From positions 1 to 36,224 of IMG/VR virus record IMGVR_UViG_3300025889_000396: 36,224 nucleotides of DNA. The stretch is one strand, 5' to 3'. This DNA comes from a virus (lineage: Duplodnaviria > Caudoviricetes). The notes beneath the pieces were generated by a model that ran no database searches, was not told the origin of the DNA, and saw nothing but the letters and a program-made list of their open reading frames with translations. Both the position numbers and the translations under genes were made by a program. This document shows, piece by piece, positions 27,615-35,905 of this stretch; the first letter of the stretch is position 1, and every line of letters starts with the position of its first letter.

Positions 27615-29105
27615 TTAAAATTCAATAACAAGTTTAACATTTTCAGTTTGATCGGTTGCTCTAGTGATCGGAGCTCTATTTTCAACATACATAACATCTC
27701 CTGTATCAGCATCCAATTCTGAACTTGAATAACCAGAAGTAAATGAAGAACCGTTTACTGTACTAGAAAAAGAAGTGTCTGGTGTTGCTGTTGCACTTGA
27801 ACTTTGACCAGTAATAACAGCATTTGTTGAAAACGCTACTAAATCTCCACTACTGTTTGCACCTTCATCATTAAATCTTGTTTGAATGTAATATAAAACT
27901 CTATTAGTCGCATCCCATTCTACAACTTTACCAACAGCGCCAGTTGTTGCTTGATTAATTTCTTCATCAACAGTAAATGTGCCTGGAGTTGGAGAAGAAG
28001 CCATACGAATTGCTTTTGTTGCTCTTAATGTTGTAGAAGAAGCAGCAGAACCTCCTGAATTAGGATCTCTTAATAATCCAATTCTTCTAAAATCGTTTGC
28101 GGCAGAAACATCTGAACCAGAACCTGATTCAACACCTTCAAAGTTAACATTTAACATTACAAAGAATCCACCTAATTCTTTTACGGCATTATAACCGTGA
28201 CCACCTTTTGGTCCAATCAATACATCTAATTCAGCACCTGAACCAGTACCACCGCCTTGTGCTTGTATATCTGCGTTAGTAATATAAGCGTAAGTGTAAC
28301 CAGCACCAGCAGTTGTAATTGAAACTCCTGTTACTACACCTGAAGCAATTGTTACGGTAGCATACCCTCTAGTAGTATAATCTCCTCTAATCGGAACGGA
28401 AGTAATTGTTCCTGTGCCAGAAGCACCTGAAGTTGTATAACCAGTACCACCTGCTTTAACTGTAACAATATCTAATGCACCGTTTACAGCAGCCGCACTT
28501 ACAGTTGAATTAGTTGCAACAGCCATAAAGTCAGTAGATAAGAAATTAACTTGTTGAGAAGCAGATAAAGTGTACATATATTTCCATTTGTATCCATCTG
28601 CGGTAGTTAAAACTGAAGTTGAAGTTCCAGTAGGTTCAACAGTTGAGTTTGCACCTGAATTATTATCTAAACATTTGTAAACATTACCTGCACTTGAATA
28701 AACATAAAAAGTTGCGTCATATAAATTGGATGCACCACTTGTAGATGTTTTTGCAGTTGTTGTTCCTGTAATTCTTCGACCATAGTCGTGTCGGTACATA
28801 TCATAAACTGTACCTGTTGCCCAATTTCTTCTTGGTATTACATAAGATACATCTGAACTTGTAATCTTTTTAGCCGCAATAGCGTCATCAAAAGTATAAA
28901 ATTCATAATCTATTGAATCTGGAGGTGTAATTGGTGATGTATCAGAACCTTCGTTTTCTGTACGAGAGTCTGGTCTTGTTGAAGTTGCAAATGCTTGCGG
29001 TCTGCCTAACAGTAAATAATATACGTTAGGTGACGCTTCTGAAAATGATTCGCTGAATTGTTCAGCGTTGTGTATTCTAAATTTGTTTGTTACTATTGCT
29101 GGCAT
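27615..29105 (-). CDS. g8: Baseplate wedge subunit, T4 gp8-like
   Basis: MPAIVTNKFRIHNA, VIPRRNW..G..YDMYRHDY, VYKCLDN, DGYKWKYMY, GGHGYNAVKELG and YVENRAPITRA.DQTE.VKLVIEF. Confidence 0.9.
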   Translation of the reverse strand: MPAIVTNKFRIHNAEQFSESFSEASPNVYYLLLGRPQAFATSTRPDSRTENEGSDTSPITPPDSIDYEFYTFDDAIAAKKITSSDVSYVIPRRNWATGTVYDMYRHDYGRRITGTTTAKTSTSGASNLYDATFYVYSSAGNVYKCLDNNSGANSTVEPTGTSTSVLTTADGYKWKYMYTLSASQQVNFLSTDFMAVATNSTVSAAAVNGALDIVTVKAGGTGYTTSGASGTGTITSVPIRGDYTTRGYATVTIASGVVTGVSITTAGAGYTYAYITNADIQAQGGGTGSGAELDVLIGPKGGHGYNAVKELGGFFVMLNVNFEGVESGSGSDVSAANDFRRIGLLRDPNSGGSAASSTTLRATKAIRMASSPTPGTFTVDEEINQATTGAVGKVVEWDATNRVLYYIQTRFNDEGANSSGDLVAFSTNAVITGQSSSATATPDTSFSSTVNGSSFTSGYSSSELDADTGDVMYVENRAPITRATDQTENVKLVIEF

Positions 29106-29122
29106 AACTTTCCTTTAAATTC

Positions 29123-29136
29123 TATTTATATTTATA
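29123..29136 (-). promoter_or_regulatory. Two overlapping T4-type late promoters TATAAATA (29123-29130, 29129-29136)
   Basis: Minus strand reads TATAAATATAAATA upstream of gp8. Confidence 0.75.
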
Positions 29137-29143
29137 CGGCAAA

Positions 29144-31708
29144 TTAATAACTTACCTTAATCTCCGTTGGTAGGGCAACATAAGTTTTTAAGTTGTCTAT
29201 ATTAATATCTCTAAACTGTACAGTTTCTCCATCTATATCAGTATTATGTGTTCCTATAACTTTCCAGTCTGCCCAATTAGCCAGTGTCATAGGTGAAATA
29301 TAACTTGCAGTTGTTGAGTCTGCACCCACAGCTGAAGTTTGTGGAATAGAACTACCACTATATATGTACCATAATCTATTAATGTTTCTCATACGAGGAC
29401 CTGCAACAGCAAAACCATATTTTGTACTATCACCTCTTACAGTAAGTTTAGGTATACTTTCAAATTTAATTGTATAAGCACGTTTCAATGTTACATCTCT
29501 TGTGTTGGCTGTAAAGTGTTCAATTGTACTGTCTGTTAAATCTGCAGGAACACCTAATGCAGGATTAGCACGTAACGTTGTGCCATCGTCCACAGTACCC
29601 AATCTTCTACCAAGTATAGTTGTAAAGATTGTTCTGTAAACTCCAAAGATATCTTCAGTAACATTTGTATTAATACCAGTTACACTTCTCAATCTAGCAT
29701 TTGCTTGTGATTCAATAGTAACTTCTCCTTGGAAATAGAAACCAGCACTATGTAAAGTTTTAGTGTAAGTATCTCTCCAGTCATTAATAGAACGGCCTAC
29801 TCTTACAATGTAAGAATAATCTTGGTACAATAAACTATCTTGTAACTTCATTGAAGTTTCTGAAACCCAACCATCTTGGTTAATAAATTGACCATCAGTA
29901 GTTGCCACAGCACCTACGGTAGCCGTTGCAGTTGCTTGATCTACTTTATAAATGGTTGCAGTTTGTAAAGAAGTGCCGCCTGTAATTAATGTGTTTTCGG
30001 CAAATGTTCCAGTTGCACCTGAACATTTTAAAATATTTGTATTCATATCTAATGATACCACAGTTGCAGTTACAACACTTGAACTTGAATCTAAACCTGT
30101 AATGGTTTCATTAACTGTAAAACCTCCTGTACGAGATTGTAAAAGTAAATAAGTTGGTAAAGTTAAAGTAGGTGGACTTGGACTATCATCATAGTTATCC
30201 CCTAACTCAATTGTTTTTAATCCTAAAACTCTTCCAATTTCAGGACCATATGCAAATAAAGACGCACCACTACCTGATGATGTAATAGTTACAGTTGGTA
30301 AAGAGGTATAACCATTACCTTCGTAAATCATTCTTACATCTGTAATATCTCCTACACCTGTTCCTGATTCTTGTACAATTTTATTTCCAGTATATGGATC
30401 TCCTCTTACAGTTTCATCTTCTAAAATAATATGAGAAGTAGAACTTGATTCTGTTCCTTCTTCTAATCTTACTCCACCATTTACAACAGAAATTTTTGCA
30501 GTAGCATTTCCAATACTAAAGTTTACAACATCACCAATTGAATAACCTGTACCGCCATCATCTACTAATATTTCAGAAATAGAACCTGAACCCACGGCAT
30601 TAACTTGAATGATTGCGTCATTACCTCCACCACTTAAAGCAACACTATCTCCTTCACTATAAAATGCACCATCATTTGAAACTGTTTTTGTTGTAATAAT
30701 TCCTTCTATCGTACAAGTAACCAAAACATCTTCATTTGTATTATCTGTACCTGTAATATTTTGTCCTGAAACGAAAGTACCTGTAACTGAATCATCACCT
30801 AATACTAATTCTACTACGGTTGCACCTGCAATAGCATATTTGTAAACTTGTTCCACAACAGCAGTTGCCTCATTAATATTTGAATCAGACGGTACATCGG
30901 CCTGTGTAATAGTTTGACCTACTAAATTAGCTGCGTCTGAAGTTCCTGACTCTTTACATCTTAAAACTTTTTGTGTATCCCATTTACCATCGGATGCTCT
31001 TAAAATATTTTCTTTAGGAAATCTTATTGTTGCATTTTCATTAAATAGTAATTTAAAAAAGATTTCACTTGCACGTTTAGTACCTTTTGCACGATAAAGT
31101 GATTTAATATTTTTAATAAGTTTTCTTTTATCTACACCTGTATCTAAAGTATCAGGTATAGATTGTAAAAACGCATTTCTAAATTTAGTTAAAAATCCTT
31201 GAATTGTTTTATCTGGATCAGGATAATCTAAAAGTTGTTGAATGTTTTGTATTGGATTGGCTCTATATTTTAAAATAGTTGCAACCGCACCTGAAGTAGA
31301 ACCTGTAATTGTTTCTCCTTCAATAAATTTATTTTGATGTGTTACGAATAAACGAGAACCACCATCTATATCTTCTACTAATACAGTTGAAGTAGCACCT
31401 GAAGTAGAACCTGTTATAGTTTCACCATTGACAAAATCACCATAAGTAGTATCTTCTAAAAGTATATTATCACCATCATTATCTTTTTGTTGATTGGTAC
31501 CATTTAATAATAGATAACTTATAGTTGTTGTTTGTGTTTCTAATCTTAAAGTATCTGGTGGATTAATATCAGTTAAAGTTAATTCTGCTGATTCTAAAAA
31601 TTTATAATATTCTTTTACAAACTCTAAAAAATATGGATGATCTTCAAGCACAAAGTCAGGTGCTTGTGAATTTATTAAATAGGATATTTTATCTTTAAAG
31701 TCTGACAT
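29144..31708 (-). CDS. g7: Baseplate wedge initiator, T4 gp7-like
   Basis: INSQAPDFV.EDHP.F.EFVKEYYKFLE, LIKNIKSLYRAKGT..S..FFKLLF, LRASDGKW and KLQDSLLYQDYSY...LHSAGF. Lies between gp6 and gp8. Confidence 0.82.
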   Translation of the reverse strand: MSDFKDKISYLINSQAPDFVLEDHPYFLEFVKEYYKFLESAELTLTDINPPDTLRLETQTTTISYLLLNGTNQQKDNDGDNILLEDTTYGDFVNGETITGSTSGATSTVLVEDIDGGSRLFVTHQNKFIEGETITGSTSGAVATILKYRANPIQNIQQLLDYPDPDKTIQGFLTKFRNAFLQSIPDTLDTGVDKRKLIKNIKSLYRAKGTKRASEIFFKLLFNENATIRFPKENILRASDGKWDTQKVLRCKESGTSDAANLVGQTITQADVPSDSNINEATAVVEQVYKYAIAGATVVELVLGDDSVTGTFVSGQNITGTDNTNEDVLVTCTIEGIITTKTVSNDGAFYSEGDSVALSGGGNDAIIQVNAVGSGSISEILVDDGGTGYSIGDVVNFSIGNATAKISVVNGGVRLEEGTESSSTSHIILEDETVRGDPYTGNKIVQESGTGVGDITDVRMIYEGNGYTSLPTVTITSSGSGASLFAYGPEIGRVLGLKTIELGDNYDDSPSPPTLTLPTYLLLQSRTGGFTVNETITGLDSSSSVVTATVVSLDMNTNILKCSGATGTFAENTLITGGTSLQTATIYKVDQATATATVGAVATTDGQFINQDGWVSETSMKLQDSLLYQDYSYIVRVGRSINDWRDTYTKTLHSAGFYFQGEVTIESQANARLRSVTGINTNVTEDIFGVYRTIFTTILGRRLGTVDDGTTLRANPALGVPADLTDSTIEHFTANTRDVTLKRAYTIKFESIPKLTVRGDSTKYGFAVAGPRMRNINRLWYIYSGSSIPQTSAVGADSTTASYISPMTLANWADWKVIGTHNTDIDGETVQFRDINIDNLKTYVALPTEIKVSY

Positions 31709-33570
31709 TAGGTACTATAACTTGATGTTGTTGTGTAACCAACACCAGCGTTACTAGAACCACCAACTAGAGTATCAGCAGTAACCGTAATAGTGCTATT
31801 AGCTACATCTATATTTAAAACTTGATTTCTAACAGGTACAATGTCATTTGAATTTGGTTGTACTGTTATTTCTATTACAGTTGAAGCAGATCCTCTAATA
31901 TTTTCTATTGAAGAAATGTTAATTGAATCGATATCAATTTTTCCAGTTGAATAATTAATTGTACCAGCAGTATTATCAGCATAGGTTCTTACTGAACCAA
32001 CAAGATAATATCTTCTTAAATTACCAGCACCGTCATCATCAAAATAATATATGTTAGTTGAATCTCCATCAACTTTAAAACCTGTTGAACTTAAAATACC
32101 ACCTTCAGTAGATTTGTGTCCTGAATGTGGATTATACAATGCGTTTGAAAAAGAAACTGTATAATTCGTTGCACTACCAATGGTAGGTGTAAATGGTTTT
32201 CTAATTTTTAATGTAGTAATGTTTGATAAAATGCTTGTATCAGCGTCATCAATTAATTCTACAACTTTTGAATAACGAAATATACTATCAAATTTTTGTA
32301 AAGTGTTTGTGTTATAATTCGTTAATGCAGTAGTAATATTTGTTTTTAATGTTGAAGCAGATTTAGAAGTTGCTTGTTCATTATATTTAACAGTTGAAGT
32401 TAAAAGTAATGATGTTGTTTCTGGATCAATAATTACAGGCGTTACTGAAGCAACTGAATATCTTTTTAATTGAGTAACAATAGAATCTTTTGTTGTTTGT
32501 GTTAATGTCGAACCTGAAATAGGATTAATAGAAATATAAACTCTACCATAGAAAGGTGTTTCGGCATCTTCACCACCCCAAGCACTTATAGAACGAGCAT
32601 TGGCATACAATTCTGCAACCTTTGTTTTATAATCTTCTATCGTTACAGCACGGTCTTGTGCTGCATAAGATTTAGGTGCATTAAATTTAATACTTGCATT
32701 AGTTTCAGAATCAGAACCATTAGCCGCATTTGAATTTACTGTTAAAGTAACATCACTAAAACCACCAATGTTTCCTGATAAACTAAATGATGAAGCACCA
32801 TTAGCAGCAGTTTTATTAGTTACAACATATTTTAAAATAATAATATTACCATCAGATAAAGATTTACCAACAACACCATCACCAAAATAAATTTCAAATT
32901 TACCATCTTCAGCTTCTTGTAAGAAATAAACTTTTGAAGTTGAATCTAATTCTGTAATAGAAGTAGCCTTAGTATAAGTGTTTGTAGTTGTATCGGATGA
33001 ACTGTTTTGTACTTGTACAGTTAAAGTAGTAGTATCAGCATTTGCTGATTGTATTAAAAATCTTTGGTCGACATCGGTAGTGTCCACAGTATATTGATAG
33101 GTAACATAAGTTCCTTCATAAACAGAAATATTTGAAAATGTATAAACACCATTAACAGGAGTTATTGTATTTGATCCAGTGGTTACAAAGTTATAAGAAA
33201 CACCATCCACACTGGTAGTAAATTTAGTTCCAGCATCCATTGTTAAAGAAGTACCAGTTGCGTCATTAACCACAACAGTTAAATTTGCAACTGGTGCTCT
33301 TGGTGAATTTGGAGTATAACCCAAAGCCTTTGCCAAAGATACAATGCTGTTTCTTAAATCAGCAGTATCTATAAACATTTCATTGGCTAATATATTTGCA
33401 TTATAAGCGAGATAATGTGTATTGTAAGCTAATAAATCAAGGAGTACGGCCATACCAGAACCTTCAAAGTCATAATCTTTGAATTGACTTTGATTGGATA
33501 AAAATCTTTTTAAATTAATTTTAATTTGGTCAAAGTCTAGTTGTGATATGTTTAATTTCTGTGAACTCAT
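31708..33570 (-). CDS. g6: Baseplate wedge subunit, T4 gp6-like
   Basis: LDFDQIK..LK.FL.....FKDYDFEGSG..VLLDLLAYNTHY, SIVSLAK.LGYTP, EIYFGDGVVG, QDRAVT.EDY and AWGGE. Confidence 0.94.
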   Translation of the reverse strand: MSSQKLNISQLDFDQIKINLKRFLSNQSQFKDYDFEGSGMAVLLDLLAYNTHYLAYNANILANEMFIDTADLRNSIVSLAKALGYTPNSPRAPVANLTVVVNDATGTSLTMDAGTKFTTSVDGVSYNFVTTGSNTITPVNGVYTFSNISVYEGTYVTYQYTVDTTDVDQRFLIQSANADTTTLTVQVQNSSSDTTTNTYTKATSITELDSTSKVYFLQEAEDGKFEIYFGDGVVGKSLSDGNIIILKYVVTNKTAANGASSFSLSGNIGGFSDVTLTVNSNAANGSDSETNASIKFNAPKSYAAQDRAVTIEDYKTKVAELYANARSISAWGGEDAETPFYGRVYISINPISGSTLTQTTKDSIVTQLKRYSVASVTPVIIDPETTSLLLTSTVKYNEQATSKSASTLKTNITTALTNYNTNTLQKFDSIFRYSKVVELIDDADTSILSNITTLKIRKPFTPTIGSATNYTVSFSNALYNPHSGHKSTEGGILSSTGFKVDGDSTNIYYFDDDGAGNLRRYYLVGSVRTYADNTAGTINYSTGKIDIDSINISSIENIRGSASTVIEITVQPNSNDIVPVRNQVLNIDVANSTITVTADTLVGGSSNAGVGYTTTSSYST

Positions 33571-33571
33571 T

Positions 33572-34003
33572 TTATCTTAATCTTTGTAAAAATTCTGTTA
33601 TCGTTACAGGTTCAGGCCTGTTGATAACATAAAACGAAACAGTAACTTTGTATTCGTTGTTATCAATATTATCTATTACGACAATTTGATTAATGGCAAC
33701 TCTTGGTTCAAAATTAATAATAACTTCTTCAATTCTATCCTGTAATAAAACAGCATTCAAAGGAGTAATAGGTTCAAATAATAAATCTCTCACACTAGAA
33801 CCAATTTCTGGATGAAATGGTCGTTCAAACCTATTAGTCAATATTAAATTACGAACAGAACGTTTTACAGCTTCAACATCTGTTAATCGTGCAACATCTT
33901 TGGTTGCAGGATTTTTAGTAAAATTCAAATTAAGATCACTATAAATTCTAGTAGATCGTTTTGAATTGTTTGTTGACTGTGCGTCATAATTTGCAAGTGC
34001 CAT
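33572..34003 (-). CDS. g25: Baseplate wedge subunit, T4 gp25-like
   Basis: YSDLNLNF, AVKRSVRNLILT...ERPFHPEIGS..LLFE, I.NFEPRV and terminal LQRLR. Confidence 0.93.
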   Translation of the reverse strand: MALANYDAQSTNNSKRSTRIYSDLNLNFTKNPATKDVARLTDVEAVKRSVRNLILTNRFERPFHPEIGSSVRDLLFEPITPLNAVLLQDRIEEVIINFEPRVAINQIVVIDNIDNNEYKVTVSFYVINRPEPVTITEFLQRLR

Positions 34004-34011
34004 AGTAATAA

Positions 34012-34019
34012 TATTTATA
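34012..34019 (-). promoter_or_regulatory. T4-type late promoter TATAAATA
   Basis: Exact motif upstream of gp25. Confidence 0.78.
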
Positions 34020-34021
34020 CA

Positions 34022-34285
34022 CTATCCTGCAAAGACATTAGAAGAACCAGAAATAGTATGTCCGCAACTTGCAGCGTCACCTTCTCTACAAATTAGAATA
34101 CTATTTACTCGTACTGTTGAAGAAGCTTCAGACATTGGTGGGGTAGGTGTGTGTGGTGGTAATCCGTGAGAAGCAACTCTATCTCCTAAACGAACTACAC
34201 CTTTACTATTGACAAATACATTATCACTACCTTCTATTGCGACACCACCTGCACTATCTGTATCTTTACGAGCAACACCTGGCAT
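34022..34285 (-). CDS. PAAR-repeat spike-tip protein (T4 gp5.4-like)
   Basis: VARKDTD, GSDNVFVN..VVRLGD...H, CREGDAASCGH..GSSNVFAG. Confidence 0.9.
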   Translation of the reverse strand: MPGVARKDTDSAGGVAIEGSDNVFVNSKGVVRLGDRVASHGLPPHTPTPPMSEASSTVRVNSILICREGDAASCGHTISGSSNVFAG

Positions 34286-34443
34286 TACTTACCTTGACCT
34301 CGATACTCTTTCCAACCACGTTTTTTACTTTTATTCATAGTTGAAAACTTTACTGTTTTTCTTCTTTTAGAAATAGAAGTTTTACCTTTTTTTCTATTAC
34401 CTCTAAAATTGTTAACTCCAAAATTACCTTTTGCTTTTGCCAT
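34285..34443 (-). CDS. Small highly basic (K/R-rich) protein
   Basis: MAKAKGNFG...KKGKTSISKRRK..MNKSKKRGWKEYRGQGK. Start at 34443 with SD GGAG; the 34488 ATG lacks an SD and would span a hairpin. Confidence 0.7.
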   Translation of the reverse strand: MAKAKGNFGVNNFRGNRKKGKTSISKRRKTVKFSTMNKSKKRGWKEYRGQGK

Positions 34444-34461
34444 AATATCTCCATTGTTTAA

Positions 34462-34485
34462 GTGGCCATCCTTACGAATGGCCAC
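34462..34485 (-). other. GC-rich 10-bp hairpin with GNRA (GUAA) tetraloop
   Basis: mRNA GUGGCCAUUC-GUAA-GGAUGGCCAC, immediately downstream of the GATAAATA late-promoter variant (34498-34505). Confidence 0.75.
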
Positions 34486-34496
34486 CATAGTTTTAT

Positions 34497-34694
34497 CTAT
34501 TTATCGTCATCATCCTCATCTTCGTCCTCATCTTCATCTTCTTCTTCATCATCTTCGTTTTCTTCTTCATCTTCCCAATCTTCATCTTCTTCTGGTTCAA
34601 TGTTAAGAACGGACTCGATATTGGATAATCTATCTTCAAACTTTTCTAGCTTTTCTTCAAATTCTTCAATAATGTTTTTATTGTCTATGGACAT
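34497..34694 (-). CDS. Small very acidic protein (coiled coil plus poly-D/E tail)
   Basis: Strong SD AAGGAG. C-terminal half is almost all D/E. Confidence 0.7.
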   Translation of the reverse strand: MSIDNKNIIEEFEEKLEKFEDRLSNIESVLNIEPEEDEDWEDEEENEDDEEEDEDEDEDEDDDDK

Positions 34695-34765
34695 AGATTT
34701 CTCCTTTGTTGGTTAATCAACGCAGGTCAAACGACTATTATAGGTGATATGGAATGATTCATAGT

Positions 34766-34773
34766 TATTTAGT
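34766..34773 (-). promoter_or_regulatory. Late promoter variant ACTAAATA
   Basis: CTAAATA variant at the head of the minus-strand late region. Confidence 0.5.
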
Positions 34774-34810
34774 AAAGTCCATATTATAATGCAAAAATGC
34801 AGTAAAATGA

Positions 34811-34826
34811 GAACAAAAGAAGAACA
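34811..34826. promoter_or_regulatory. Alphaproteobacterial-type LexA (SOS) box GAACA-N6-GAACA
   Basis: GAACAAAAGAAGAACA matches the GAAC-N7-GAAC (GTTC-N7-GTTC) consensus and lies in the divergent intergenic region. Confidence 0.6.
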
Positions 34827-34835
34827 TAGATCAAA

Positions 34836-34848
34836 TAAGTCATTGATT
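34836..34848 (-). promoter_or_regulatory. IHF-binding consensus
   Basis: Reverse complement AATCAATGACTTA is an exact match to WATCAANNNNTTR. Confidence 0.5.
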
Positions 34849-34876
34849 TTATTGAGGTCTTTTATTTTGATATTGC

Positions 34877-34905
34877 TTGACTTTGCAAATGGAGTTTGAT
34901 ATAGT
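34877..34905 (+). promoter_or_regulatory. Strong sigma70-type early promoter
   Basis: TTGACT-17 bp-TATAGT with extended TGn and an AT-rich upstream element, at the strand switch. Confidence 0.8.
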
Positions 34906-34925
34906 ATATGTATATGAAAAACACT

Positions 34926-35108
34926 ATGAAAAAAAACAATAAAGTAGATACTAACATTTATGCGTTAGTACCACAAAAAGACAATTCACTTAAACGAGTT
35001 TTATTAAGTGATTTGAGAAAAATGATAAAAACTGATTTAGACAAATGGTCTAAAACAAAAGACGGTAAAAACTATAAGATGTTTTACCAAATGGAATATT
35101 TAAGATAA
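34926..35108 (+). CDS. Small hypothetical early protein
   Basis: ORF 34908..35108. The ATG at 34908 is too close to the -10; 34926 (AAACACTATG context) or near-leaderless 34914 is more plausible. Confidence 0.55.
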   Translation: MKKNNKVDTNIYALVPQKDNSLKRVLLSDLRKMIKTDLDKWSKTKDGKNYKMFYQMEYLR

Positions 35109-35513
35109 GGAGAAACACTATGATAACTGTAAATCAAACTGCTAAAACACTAGACCAAGGAATTAAAAATATGATGGCTGGTGCTAAACAAGATTATTAT
35201 TTCTTTCATACTTCTAATGGTAGAAAAGAAATAGAACCTGGTTCATATGGTGATACTGAACTTAAAAACTATGAATCAAAAACAAAAGTTATGCCTGGTA
35301 AAAAGTACATTAAGGTGGTACAAAATACTGGTGTTTTTGCGTTTATTGTAAAAGAAGATTTTAAACATTTTAAAAAAGGTGATATATTAAAACCTGCTGG
35401 TTGGAATGCACCTGCGTTAAACTCACCTAGAGGAAATGTTTTAACAGGTAACTATCCAATTCAATGGACAGGACCTTTATATTTAAAATAATAACCAAGG
35501 AGAAACACTATGA
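35107..35513 (+). repeat. 17-bp exact direct repeat AAGGAGAAACACTATGA (35107-35123, 35497-35513)
   Basis: Identical SD-spacer-ATG blocks flank the 123-aa ORF. Confidence 0.85.
35120..35491 (+). CDS. Conserved hypothetical phage early protein
   Basis: KKYIKVV..VFAFI..KGDILKPAGWNAPALN..RGN..WTGPLYL motif, recognised from large phages. SD AAGGAG. Confidence 0.75.
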   Translation: MITVNQTAKTLDQGIKNMMAGAKQDYYFFHTSNGRKEIEPGSYGDTELKNYESKTKVMPGKKYIKVVQNTGVFAFIVKEDFKHFKKGDILKPAGWNAPALNSPRGNVLTGNYPIQWTGPLYLK

Positions 35514-35707
35514 AACATATGATAACATTTTTTGCAATCTTGTTTATGCTGTTAATGATATTTGCAACTGGTGCCATTGAAGCTGATCATTTTCTAATAG
35601 GAACATTATTTGCTTTTCTTGGTTTTGTATCAGGTATTACAACGATCTATTTACAAGAAAAAGAAAAATCTAACAACAATCAATTATATTATTACGAAAA
35701 GGAGTAA
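35510..35707 (+). CDS. Small two-TM membrane protein
   Basis: Two hydrophobic segments (ITFFAILFMLLMIFATG; FLIGTLFAFLGFVSGITTIYL). SD AAGGAG. Confidence 0.7.
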   Translation: MKHMITFFAILFMLLMIFATGAIEADHFLIGTLFAFLGFVSGITTIYLQEKEKSNNNQLYYYEKE

Positions 35708-35710
35708 ACT

Positions 35711-35905
35711 ATGTCAAAGACAATGCAATACGCAATGGACACAGCTGAAACGTCTGTGGATGCTATTTTAACAGATGTAAAGGCAAATAAACTATCAATG
35801 GAAGACGCTGAACAAAAGATACTTTCAGTATCTAATGTTGAGTTACTAGGTATAGATGAAAACAATGTAGGTGATGTAATCTATGAGGAGATCAACAATG
35901 GCTAG
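35711..35905 (+). CDS. Small acidic hypothetical protein
   Basis: SD AAGGAG; intact 64-aa ORF in the early operon. Confidence 0.65.
   Translation: MSKTMQYAMDTAETSVDAILTDVKANKLSMEDAEQKILSVSNVELLGIDENNVGDVIYEEINNG

Noticed and set aside
230-30152. Numerous antisense or alternate-frame ORFs in the track (e.g. 230..562, 4515..4970, 11238..11504, 18301..18759, 24944..25519, 29952..30152)
   Set aside because: They lie inside well-supported genes and arise from G/S/T-rich codon bias that removes stops in other frames. No SD or family motifs.
34409-34716. Plus-strand poly-Ser and His/Leu-rich ORFs
   Set aside because: Mirror translations of the poly-D/E minus-strand gene, which has the SD and promoter.
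34695-34765. Possible riboswitch (SAM-II/V- or preQ1-like) in the ~70-nt leader of the acidic gene
   Set aside because: Only short weak hairpins are visible and I cannot match a consensus by eye. An Rfam/Infernal search would be needed.
35510-35707. Holin or superinfection-exclusion call for the two-TM protein
   Set aside because: Only hydrophobicity supports it. It sits in an early operon with no adjacent endolysin.
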